Source: Octopus sinensis
Taxonomy: Eukaryota
Assembly: GCF_006345805.1 (NCBI RefSeq)
Contig: NW_021824347.1
Location: 1 to 18,800, forward strand
DNA length: 18,800 nt
Reading direction: 5' to 3'
Under the pieces are notes generated by a model that worked only from the letters and a program-made list of their open reading frames with translations, searched no databases and was not told the DNA's origin. The translations under genes were made by a program, and so were the position numbers. Below are positions 9,616-18,800 of this stretch, piece after piece (positions within the stretch are counted from its first letter, which is position 1; each line of letters opens with the position of its first letter).

Positions 9616-9825
9616 CACCTTCATCAACTTGACCGACCAGTCCATCGGGCGTCCATTTGACACTGTTGGTCACAGGACGCTGTCCACTCCTCTCTAGATC
9701 GTGCCCTTCTCATCCACGTGATCCCAATCGTCCTCCTGAAATCGTAACTCCACTGTCGTGGAGGCCTTCCCAGTGGTCGTTTCCGCTCGCGCGGGTACCA
9801 CTCGACATCTGCGCGGGTCCACAGC
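9615..9825 (-). mobile_element. 5'-truncated RTE-clade LINE (ORF C-terminus and 3' end)
   Basis: WTRADVEWYPRERKRPLGRPPRQWSYDFRRTIGITWMRRARSREEW matches the RTE terminal motif W.P...KR..GRP..RW.D.......W...A..R..W. It ends in a short tga-containing tail. Confidence 0.9.
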
Positions 9826-10096
9826 GTGAAAAGGCTGATAGAAAGAAGGAAGGAATAAAAGAATAGGAAGAATAGAGTCGTACAAGATTTAGATAAATAT
9901 ATACTTACATATAAGAGACCAAAGTGTACGTACACCGCTATATGTTTTATATATAAAAAATACAAAATGGGACAAGAACGCAAAACATCCAGACAGGTGA
10001 TAAAAAAAGGGACAACAAAACATCCAAACAGACGATACAAAGAAAGCAGGACGGGTCTTCGGAGTTTTCTTTCCTCAGTCGAGTTCCGTGTGTGTG

Positions 10097-10168
<72 letters not shown>

Positions 10169-10199
10169 TATATATATATTATATACATATATATATATA

Positions 10200-10501
10200 A
10201 CACCGTACCGACCAGGCCATCAGATGCTGTTACACATCGCTGGTCACAATGCGCTTCGCATTGTTTTAGCCTTCAAATGACGCCACCCCGATGGCTAAGC
10301 GAGCAGGCCAACAGAAGAAAGAGTGAGAGAAAGTTGTGACGAAAGAGTACAGCAGGGATCGCCACCACCCCCTGCCGGAGCTTCGTGGAGCTTTAGATGT
10401 TTTCGCTCAATAAACACTCACAACGCCCGGTCTGGGAATCGAAACCGCGATCCTACGACCGCGAGTCCGCTGCCCTAACCACTAGGTCATTGCGCCTCCA
10501 C
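10200..10501 (-). mobile_element. tRNA-derived SINE, family A, tail type 2 (RTE-like)
   Basis: Head gtggaggcgcaatgacctagtggttagggcagcggactcgcggtcgtaggatcgcggtttcgattccc has A and B boxes. The body is shared with 973-1154 and the tail resembles the RTE end at 9630-9680. Confidence 0.85.
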
Positions 10502-10552
10502 ACACATACACATATATATATATGTCTATATATATATAAAATCTATCTGTCT

Positions 10553-10589
<37 letters not shown>

Positions 10590-10864
10590 CATATATACAT
10601 ATTTGTATACATGTCAAAGAATAGAATTTAGCGCCGGTGGTTATTTATTTTTTTCCCTACAAATTGTTTTATAGTTTTGTTTTAACGCTATCACTTTACT
10701 CACTGCTTCAATTTATCGAGAGAGACATCAATATCACTCAACCTCAACTCACAACAGCTCTCCTCTTATGGATCTTGAGCTTCTCTGAACGTGTCTACAT
10801 GAAAGTAAAGGATATAGATAGATCGATAAAGTGAGAGAGGGAGAGAAAGAAAGAGTGAGACGGA

Positions 10865-10922
10865 CGGGCAGACAGACAGACAGGCTGACTGACACATAGA
10901 CAGACAGACAGACAGATAGTTT

Positions 10923-11006
<84 letters not shown>

Positions 11007-11062
11007 TTCTGGTAGATATATATGTATATATATATACAAATCTATGTGTGTGTGTGTATAGC

Positions 11063-11122
<60 letters not shown>

Positions 11123-11125
11123 CAA
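10865..11125. repeat. (GACA)n and (GATA)n microsatellites
   Basis: Directly visible. Confidence 0.95.
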
Positions 11126-11568
11126 ATATAATGTATGGCGATAACTAATCGCCTTGACGTAAGAGCGGTGACATTGTCATCAAAACAGCGTGCCATTTCA
11201 ACATCCCCCGTTAAATCTGACGTCTTGTATCTCTGTAAGAAAGATATATAAACAATCTACTATAAACTGTTACAAACTTTACATGCCACGAAACAGGAGG
11301 TTTACGGAAGAAAGAAATCGAAACCACGTAGGGGAACGAAAACAAGATGGTGTCGAGATGGAAAGTAAGAATGATTTCGAATGTTATCACTGGGTTTTTT
11401 GTTATGTGACAAGAATACTGTAACACAGTGGGTCATTGTTGTTAGTTGTTAGCTTAGCTATCATAGAGGTGGGTTGGAGTTTATAGACGTTAGCCTGTAA
11501 GTCTTGGAGCATTCTTGTAAGGAAAGTTAGCTTTTTGTGGGGAATTATATACGGATGCGTGAGATATA

Positions 11569-11742
11569 TCTATTATATGAAATCCGTTCTGTCTGTGTGT
11601 ATGTGTGTCGTCTAGGATCTCGGGCATCCTCCATCCGATTGCGCTCAAATTTGATATGTAGATACCGATGGTATCAGGGCGTGTATAAGTCTTGAGAAAA
11701 TTACAAAAATCGATTCCAGGTGAGAATGCGATCGATTACTGG
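11569..11742 (+). mobile_element. Non-autonomous Helitron-like element (174 bp)
   Basis: Starts A|TCTATTATATGAAA, has a tctgtctgtgtgt tract and a ccgattgcgctcaaatttg motif like those of small animal Helitrons. An aatcgat...atcgatt inverted repeat lies just before the end, CTGG|T (CTRR, A-T target, no TSD). Confidence 0.55.
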
Positions 11743-12350
11743 TACTTTAAACTCTTCGGTTGCATATTTGTGTGAATAGAATCGTTTTTCTTTGGAATAG
11801 AAAAAAAGCCTATCTTTACTTCTTCCTTTGCTGCTGTCTCAAATTTAGGTTAAATCATTGTTTCTCAAAGGGGACGCCTATGGGACGGTCGGACAAGTTG
11901 TTTAGAGAAAATTTGGTTTAAATGTTTGACAACTCAGCACCGCCCATTGGACGGGGGGGGGGGCGTTTTACTCGTACATAAATATATTAAGTGTATCTCT
12001 CTGAACATAACCATCTGTCTCATTCTTTCTTTCTTTGTCTTTCTCTCTCTCTCTCTCTTTCTATCTCTGTATAGGGTTATAAGAGATTATCAATCAAGAA
12101 TACTTCTCAAGCTCTCTCTTAACACAAATGCATCTTGCCGGCGAAAGATTTTCTGATTGGTATAGAACTCCAGGTAAAAAGTCAATCACCAGTCGACTTT
12201 GTAAATCCATGGTTGCTTTTCTAGGTTAATGTGGTGTTTTTCATGGAGCAATGCATAAGAAAAGGCATATATAATGGATTTTACATACTTATTTATTTGT
12301 GCATCGTAGACTTACATCTGTTTCTGATATACATCATTGGTGCATTCATA

Positions 12351-12476
12351 TTTCCGTTAACTCAATCGGTCAGTTGATCGGCTGCAAAAGTTAAACGACC
12401 TTAACAAATACTATTATCTTCAGAGCTCACTTACTGAGATTTTCAATCGGTCAATTGACCGATTGAATTAACGAAA
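12351..12476. mobile_element. Unclassified foldback/MITE with ~35-bp TIRs that are themselves palindromic
   Basis: Left tttccgttaactcaatcggtcagttgatcggctg and right ttcaatcggtcaattgaccgattgaattaacgaaa are inverted. 12442-12467 is a perfect 26-bp palindrome. Confidence 0.65.
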
Positions 12477-12928
12477 TTATGAATGCACCCTTAATATATG
12501 TATCAGAAACAGCTTTAAATCTATAATGCACAAATAAATAAATATGTAAAGCCCATTATTTATGCATTTTCCTGTATATATGCATATATACGAGTGTGTG
12601 TGGAAGCCATCTGCTCGCGATACCAGAGTGTGCACCCTCTGAATGAAACTATTATTTAGATATTTAATATAAGACCCAATGAGGACATCTAGGGTTTCAA
12701 GATGCAAATTCTTTACTCATAGAACAATTAATTTTCTTAAATGATCATTCCATATTTATTCTGACAACTATTTTAACACTAGTAATAGATATTACAAATC
12801 TACTAAAAACAAATATATTTTCTTAGCCAAAACCTCGAAACAATTTCAGGATTTGACACGGTTGATTTGGACATTAAATCTATTTCAGCGACAATATGTT
12901 TTGGCACTGGGGACGCGCACACACACTA

Positions 12929-12965
<37 letters not shown>

Positions 12966-13367
12966 CTCACAAACGTGCAAAATGATGTGCGCGCAGAAAT
13001 ATCCACGTGCAGAGGTGTGAGAGAGGAAGAGAGTGAAACCATCTCAAGTCGAGTGCTGGGGGGGGGGCTGCTACAGTGCGTCGTTGCATCCACTATTTTT
13101 CGGCGATTCTCTACACCTAGGGGATGACCCCTGTGCACCACTTAGCAATAGTCCTCCAATTTACGTAGTCGTTGCTTGTGAAGGTTTTACGAGGTCGAAA
13201 TGCAAATACTGTCTCAACTACTTCTAATCATATTTTACGACATGCAGAGGAAACGTTGGGTCTATCTATTTGGCATTGCAGTTTTTAATTGAACACGTTT
13301 GACGTAAACAACTGCCCACTCCTCACGCAAACACATAGAAATATGCTAACACGCATAAACAAAGAGG

Positions 13368-13470
13368 GAGAGACAGTGAGGGGCAGCGAAAGAGAGTGAG
13401 GGGAAGCGAGAGAGTGAGGGGGAGAGAAAGAGAGTGAGGGGGAGAGAAAGAGAGTGAGATGAGGGAGAAA
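13368..13470. repeat. GA-rich ~20-bp minisatellite (gagagaaagagagtgagggg)
   Basis: About five degenerate tandem units are visible. Confidence 0.8.
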
Positions 13471-13751
13471 AGGAGAGAAATATTAAAACGTCTGATGTCA
13501 AATAAATCAACGTCCAATCAGCGACCCCAAATACGCGGTGCCAAAACGGCAGCGCCAAGCCGTCTCATACGCTACTCGTGGAATTTATTGCTATAAACAA
13601 CACATTATTATGATGTCAAAAATTAAACTGCTACGTAAACTATTTCCCAGCGAATATAGCTGCTTCCGGTCTGTGATAATGTTCACTTCATACAGGAGTA
13701 TGTGTATATGATTATTCAGGTATATGTGTATAACTGGTTATATATATATAC

Positions 13752-13819
<68 letters not shown>

Positions 13820-13989
13820 GGAGAGATTTGCGTCTGTGTATAGATATGTTTCTGTGTGTTTGTGTATACATGCATACATATAGATATGTATGTATATACA
13901 TATACACATTCATATGTTTGCATACAAACAAACTGAGAGAGGATGTGTATATACATATATTGGCGTAATGGCTCTCTCTAGACACAACA

Positions 13990-14064
<75 letters not shown>

Positions 14065-14356
14065 TGTGTGTGCGCGTGCGCGCATGCGTTCGTTCACAAC
14101 GAGTGTATAGAAATATTTGTCTAGACATATATTGAAGTATATGTTTAGTGATCTGGTTTCAATTTCCAGCAGAGAAAACCACTCTACTTACATTCTGATA
14201 TGATGTCAAAGGCAAGAAGCAAATAATAATAATGATGATGATGATGATTATAAATAGACACCAATACCTAATAACTACCTGTTACACCTGGAAATCTCAT
14301 AAAGTGAGGTCTATTGAGAGATCTTACTGTCTAACAGTATCGTTATCATCATTGTC

Positions 14357-14468
14357 AATAAATAATAATAATAATAATAATAACAACAACAACAATAATA
14401 ACAATAACAATAACAATAATAATAATAACAATAACAATAACAAAAATAATAATAACAATAATAATAAC

Positions 14469-14503
<35 letters not shown>

Positions 14504-14618
14504 TAATAATAATAGGAATAACAATAACAATAACAAAAATAATAATAACAATAACAATAATAATAACAACAACAACAACAACAACAACAATAATAATAAT
14601 AATAATAATAATAATAAT
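14357..14618. repeat. (AAT/AAC)n tract; probable (ATT)n tail or target of the adjacent Tx1-like LINE
   Basis: Directly visible; it abuts the reconstructed LINE 3' end at 14619-14640. Confidence 0.9.
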
Positions 14619-15512
14619 TAATTCGTTTATTGGCCACAAAGGCGCAGGAGTGGCTTGTGTGGTAAGTAGCTTGCTAACCAACCACATGGTTCCGGGTTCA
14701 GTTCCACTGCGTGGCATCTTGGGCAAGTGTCTTCTGCTATAGCTCCGGGCCGACCAATGCCTTGTGAGTGGATTTGGTAGACATATATATATATGTATGT
14801 GTGTTTGTGTGTCTGTGTCTGTCCCCCTAGCATTGCTTGACAACCGATGCTGGTCACTTAGCGGTTCGGCAAAAGAGCCCGATAGAATAAGTACTGGGCT
14901 TACAAAAAGAATAAGTCCCGGTGTCGAGTTGCTCGATTAAAGACGGTGCTCCAGCATGGCCGCAGTCAAATGACTGAAACAAGTAAAAGAGTAAAAGAGT
15001 AAAAGGCTAACAAAATCAAATAAAACATGTAAGGACAAAATACAGGACGAAAGTTCCAAAAGGGTTTTGTCCGTTTGAGAAGTCCGAGTAAAAATTCAAG
15101 ATAACGAAAATACAGCAAGTAAAAACCCCCAACAGGGGGAGGCGCTTTGAAAAGGTTACTCGTGGAAAAACCCATAAAAGCCACGGGCGCCTAATCAAAA
15201 GCGGGGTAGAGAGCCCCTTTCTCCTTTTATATTACCCTTTTTTTTACAGGTGTATCTTCAGAATTGGTCCGCTCATACTGGCCATTCTTCCGACATTCAC
15301 CCACCTTTCAATGAATTTGCTACGAGACAGAACTTCCCTCTCTACTCTCATCTTCCTTTTCAAGTGGAACTTGAAAAAGTTGATGAGGCCTTGGCCAAAG
15401 AGGAAAGTGTCTGACTTTAGTCTTTTCAAACGGGTCCACTATACCACCTCTTTCACTACAGCCACTAGACAAAGAAAAATTGCCTTGCCCTCTCGGTTAA
15501 AGAAGGTCGGCG
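14619..15512 (-). mobile_element. 5'-truncated Tx1/L1-group LINE (ORF2 C-terminus and 3' UTR), split by the SINE at 14641-15005
   Basis: Minus strand 15512-15244: PTFFNREGKAIFLCLVAVVKEVV*WTRLKRLKSDTFLFGQGLINFFKFHLKRKMRVEREVLSRSKFIERWVNVGRMASMSGPILKIHL*. This resembles the Tx1 terminal region (hh...K..hW..R.......h...h...h..E......F...W), with one in-frame stop at 15439-15441. The UTR runs 15243-15007 and continues at 14640-14619. Clade assignment is from motif recall. Confidence 0.65.
14641..15005 (+). mobile_element. Near full-length family-C SINE (tRNA head, CORE-like accttgggcaagt segment, (AAAGAGT)n-like tail)
   Basis: A box tggcttgtgtgg, B box ggttcagttcc and tail aaaagagtaaaagagtaaaag. 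A possible 5-bp TSD aaagg lies at 14638-14642 and 15002-15006. Homologous copies at 5726, 17250 and 18577. Confidence 0.9.
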
Positions 15513-15530
15513 ATAATAACAATAACAATG

Positions 15531-15590
<60 letters not shown>
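15513..15590. repeat. (AAT)n microsatellite
   Basis: Directly visible, at the 5' truncation point of the Tx1-like fragment. Confidence 0.95.
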
Positions 15591-15591
<1 letters not shown>

Positions 15592-16210
15592 GCTCTCATG
15601 GCTTCTGATCTTAACTGATTGGAAGTGTTATCATGTACATTGTTTAGTCTTGGTATAAAAGATGGCCTACAGCAAATATTCTGTTCAATACCACAGATTT
15701 GCTTGTCAGTTGCTTGACCTTAATCAGTTGAGCATGTCCCTTAGTGGCTGACGATATGTGCATCTCTGATCACGAGCACAAGTAATGGGCAAGCATCATA
15801 GCCATGTGTTGAAAGGAATTCTTAGAGGTTTGGATAATTCACCTTTGGAAGCATGGGTGGTTCGTTCAACATCCTTAAACAAACCTTATTCAGGGACCTT
15901 TTGGGCTGCTCGACCTGAAGGAAATTCTAACTGGCCCCCACCTGCAAGGCCATGTGCTGTTTATCATGATATGAGATCACCATGTCGCGCACATATGGTT
16001 GTAATGCCTGGTGTACCCTTATCAGACGGGTAGTTATAATGGCTATGCTGGGCTTCGTATATTTTACTCCAGTGTCACTTTGATGGAATGCACTGCTCTC
16101 ACACTCTGATTGGAAATGTTATCATGTACGTTGTTTTGTCTTGGTATAAAAGATGGGCTACAGCAAATATTCTGCTCAATACCACAGATTTGAACTGCTC
16201 TCTCACTCAA
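15591..16210 (+). mobile_element. Unclassified ~490-bp repeat unit followed by a partial head-to-tail second copy
   Basis: 87-bp direct repeats at 15615-15701 and 16106-16192 (5 mismatches, period 491 bp). The motif actgctctc(t/a)cactc occurs at 16092, 16194 and 16345, and the last is followed by (AAT)n. No recognisable coding motif. Confidence 0.6.
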
Positions 16211-16346
16211 GATAACGAAAATATAGCAAGTAAAAACCCCCAACAGGGGGAGGCGCTTTGAAAAGGTTACTCGTGGAAAAACCCATAAAAGCCACGGGCG
16301 CCTAATCAAAAGCGGGGTAGAGAGCCCCTTTCTCCTTTTATATTAC
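16207..16346. repeat. 140-bp near-identical copy of 15096-15235
   Basis: 139/140 identity by manual alignment (tacagc vs tatagc). Flanked by the 17-bp direct repeat actgctctctcactcaa at 16194-16210 and 16345-16361. Confidence 0.95.
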
Positions 16347-16359
16347 TGCTCTCTCACTC

Positions 16360-16360
<1 letters not shown>

Positions 16361-16398
<38 letters not shown>

Positions 16399-16627
16399 TT
16401 ATTTCTTTGTTGCCCACAGGGGGCTAAACATGGAAGGGACAAACAAGTACAGACAAAGGGATTAAATCGATTACATTAACTCCAGTGCGTAACTGGTACT
16501 TATTTTATCGACCCCGAAAGGATGAAAGGCAAAGTCGACCTCGGCAGAATTTGAACTCAGAACGTAATGGAAGACGAAATACGGGTACGCATTTCGCCTG
16601 GCGTGCTAACGATTCTGCCAGCTCACC
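16361..16627 (-). mobile_element. Full-length family-B SINE with (ATT)n tail
   Basis: Minus-strand head ggtgagctggcagaatcgttagc...gagttcaaattc has A and B boxes. Central gtcgactttgcctttcatcctttcggggtcgataaaataagtaccag resembles, from recall, the Meta-type SINE domain. The (AAT)n at 16361-16398 is its tail. Confidence 0.85.
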
Positions 16628-16964
16628 ATAGCCACCAGAAAAGAAAGGGGAAAACTGCCTCTTATTCCTGGCCAAAGGTAAACGGTGGAAGATCTTTTAG
16701 CGATGGAGCCGGCCGATAGCGAGATGTTCCACATATCTCTACATCAGCAACATCAGCATTATCATCATCAACACAGTAACAACAATAATAAAGATGATGA
16801 TAATAATAATAACAATAATAATAAATGATCACTATATATTAGCAGAGCTTATATGAAAATGGTGTAAGCCGATATTTCCTGCAGTGTCTATGAGGTGAAG
16901 TTCTCTGTGAGAGAACGAGAATGTTGAAATACGATGGAGATTTATTTACTAAACACAACATCCT

Positions 16965-16997
16965 CATCATTAGCAACAACAACAGCTGCTGCTGCTG

Positions 16998-17034
<37 letters not shown>

Positions 17035-17237
17035 ACTACAAACAACGACAAGACTAGTTATAGGACCAACCGCTACTACTATATTAACTACCACCACAAC
17101 CACTACTACTACTACAACTATACTATTACTATATTAACTACCACCACAACCATTACTACTACAACAAATACTACCATCACCACCACCATCACCACCAGCA
17201 CTACTACTACTACTACTACTACTATTACAACAATAAC
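16965..17237. repeat. (ACT/ACC/GCT)n compound trinucleotide repeat with a 50-bp internal duplication
   Basis: atattaactaccaccacaacca occurs at 17081 and 17131. Confidence 0.9.
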
Positions 17238-17249
17238 TTGAGTAAAATC

Positions 17250-17428
17250 ATACATACACACATACATAAACGACAGGCTTCTTTTGAGTTTCCGTCTACC
17301 AAATGCACTCACAAAGCTTTGGTCGGCCCGAGGCCAAAGTAGAAGACACTTGCCCAAGGTGCCAAGCAGTGGGACTGAAACCGGAACCATGTGATTGGTA
17401 AGCTAGTTACTTACCACACAGCCACTCC

Positions 17429-17431
<3 letters not shown>
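17250..17431 (-). mobile_element. Family-C SINE, 5' half
   Basis: The reverse complement gcaggagtggctgtgtggtaagtaac...ggttccggtttcagtcccactgcttggcaccttgggcaagtgtcttctac matches the other family-C copies. Confidence 0.9.
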
Positions 17432-17478
<47 letters not shown>

Positions 17479-17964
17479 ACAAACATATACATATGTATAT
17501 ACACGAATATACATTTATACTCATTATGATCACAGGGTGTTAATTAACTTGACTGACACAGGTGCGACTACCGCCATGTTACTCCGCTTCAAGTCACTCC
17601 CCACTCGCCACCCCACCTCATACGTAGCCCTCCATATTGCGCATGGCTACTAATTTAGCTCTGATTTCTTTGAAATACCATTGTTGCTGTTATTGTTAAG
17701 CCCCAAGTCATTCCTGAAAAGTAGACCAAAAGGATTCTAACGGTGACCAGCTCCTATTTCTAACGCTGTTTTGGCCTACTTTATCAAATAAACTTTCTCT
17801 CTCTTGTTTTGTGGTTCCTGCACTAAACAGAGGTTTGATTTAAGGGAAATACAACTGCCATTTCTACCATCTCGTGCAACCACTTAGAGGCACTCATTCT
17901 CTTTGTTCGGTTTTCATGATTTGTCTTGTTTGATATAAATAACTGGTTTTACACCCAATGGTAT

Positions 17965-18300
17965 TTGCTGCCGTTGTTATGGTGCTTACGTCTGTCTGTT
18001 GTTACAACAGAATAGATATCGTTGTTATTGTTGTTGCTGTTGTAGCTTTTATTGCTGTCGTTTCTGTTGTTGTGGTTGTTGTTTGTGTTATTGCTGCTGT
18101 TGTTGTTGTTAGTGCTGCGGTTGCTGTTGTTCTTTTGTTGTGGTCGTTGCTGTTGCTGCTGTTGTTTTTGTTGTTGTTGTTGTTGCTCCTTCTGTTATTA
18201 CTGGTGCTGTTATTGTTATTGCTGTTTTCGTGGTTATTCTTTTCTGTTGTTGTTGTTGTCGTTGTTGTTGTTGTACATTGTTGATGTTGTTGTTTATGTC
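17965..18300. repeat. (GTT/GCT/ATT)n compound trinucleotide repeat
   Basis: Directly visible; source of the poly-V/L/C ORFs. Confidence 0.9.
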
Positions 18301-18551
18301 TGATGTCTGATGTCTTCCTGTTTCCTGAATTCTCGACATAATGTCTACACCGTTATTGTTGACATGCGTGTTATTATCAAGCTGGCACCCGCCCATATCT
18401 CACTCCCACAATACCCACCCCCTCGACTCCCCCACCCCACCCCACCCCCACCGTAGAATGCAGCTCCCCCTACTGCTGCTGTCGTCATTGTGGTTGTTGT
18501 TATTGTTATTGTAGTAGTTATGGTTATTGTTGTAGATATTACTGTGGATAA

Positions 18552-18800
18552 GGCAGCGAGCTGGCAGAATCGTTAGCGCACAGGCGTGGCTGTGTGGTAA
18601 GAAGCTTGTTTCCCAACCACATATGGTCCCGGGTTCAGTCCCACTGCTTGGCACCTTGGGCAAGTATCTTCTACTTTGGCCTCGGGCCGACCAAACCCTT
18701 GTGAGTGAATTTGGTAGACGGAAACTGAAAGAAGCCCGTAGTATATATGTATATGTTTGTGTGTCTGTATTTGTCCTCCCAACATCGCTTGACAACCGAT
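18552..18800 (+). mobile_element. Chimeric SINE: 26-nt family-B head fused to a family-C SINE that runs off the window
   Basis: 18552-18577 ggcagcgagctggcagaatcgttagc contains a 20/20 match to the family-B head of 16361-16627. From about 18578 the sequence is family C (caggcgtggctgtgtggtaag...accttgggcaagt). Confidence 0.85.

Noticed and set aside
11856-11945. Single hAT-like terminus cattgtttctcaaa
   Set aside because: No matching second TIR or 8-bp TSD was found.
13530-13568. ggtgccaaaacggcagcgccaagccgtc, resembling subterminal repeats of some DNA transposons
   Set aside because: Only two degenerate units and no boundaries.
15745-15790. CTGACGA as a hammerhead core in the unclassified repeat
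   Set aside because: No GAAA or helix III at a suitable distance.
15096-16361. Direct repeats as a CRISPR array or LTR pair
   Set aside because: Eukaryotic context, no regular repeat-spacer period, no TG...CA boundaries, PBS or PPT.
2943-18396. Numerous low-complexity ORFs (YIYI, LSIY, poly-N/L/V/T/H/S, HTHT)
   Set aside because: They are translations of microsatellites, with no domain signatures or splice support.

Overview
Eukaryotic (animal) genomic DNA, AT-rich and dense in microsatellites and transposon debris. The SINE families and repeat spectrum suggest an octopus/coleoid cephalopod; this is recall-based inference, not a database result. The only well-supported host coding sequence is the 3' part of a von Willebrand factor A (vWA) domain exon at 1-391 (+), ending in a phase-1 GT donor. 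Two speculative downstream exons (5824-5892 and 7029/7083-7120) splice in frame to it. The rest is intronic or intergenic. It holds three tRNA-derived SINE families (nested, chimeric and tail-swapped copies), 3' fragments of three LINE clades (CR1, RTE, Tx1-like), a decayed Tc1 transposase with DD36E spacing, mariner-, hAT- and Tigger-type MITEs, a Helitron-like element, an unclassified foldback element with palindromic TIRs, and an unclassified ~490-bp repeat carrying a near-identical 140-bp local copy of the Tx1-like UTR. The most notable signals are two apparent SINE-LINE 3'-tail partnerships visible inside the window. Almost all long ORFs in the supplied track are microsatellite or SINE artefacts. 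There is no CRISPR array, rRNA or genuine tRNA gene.
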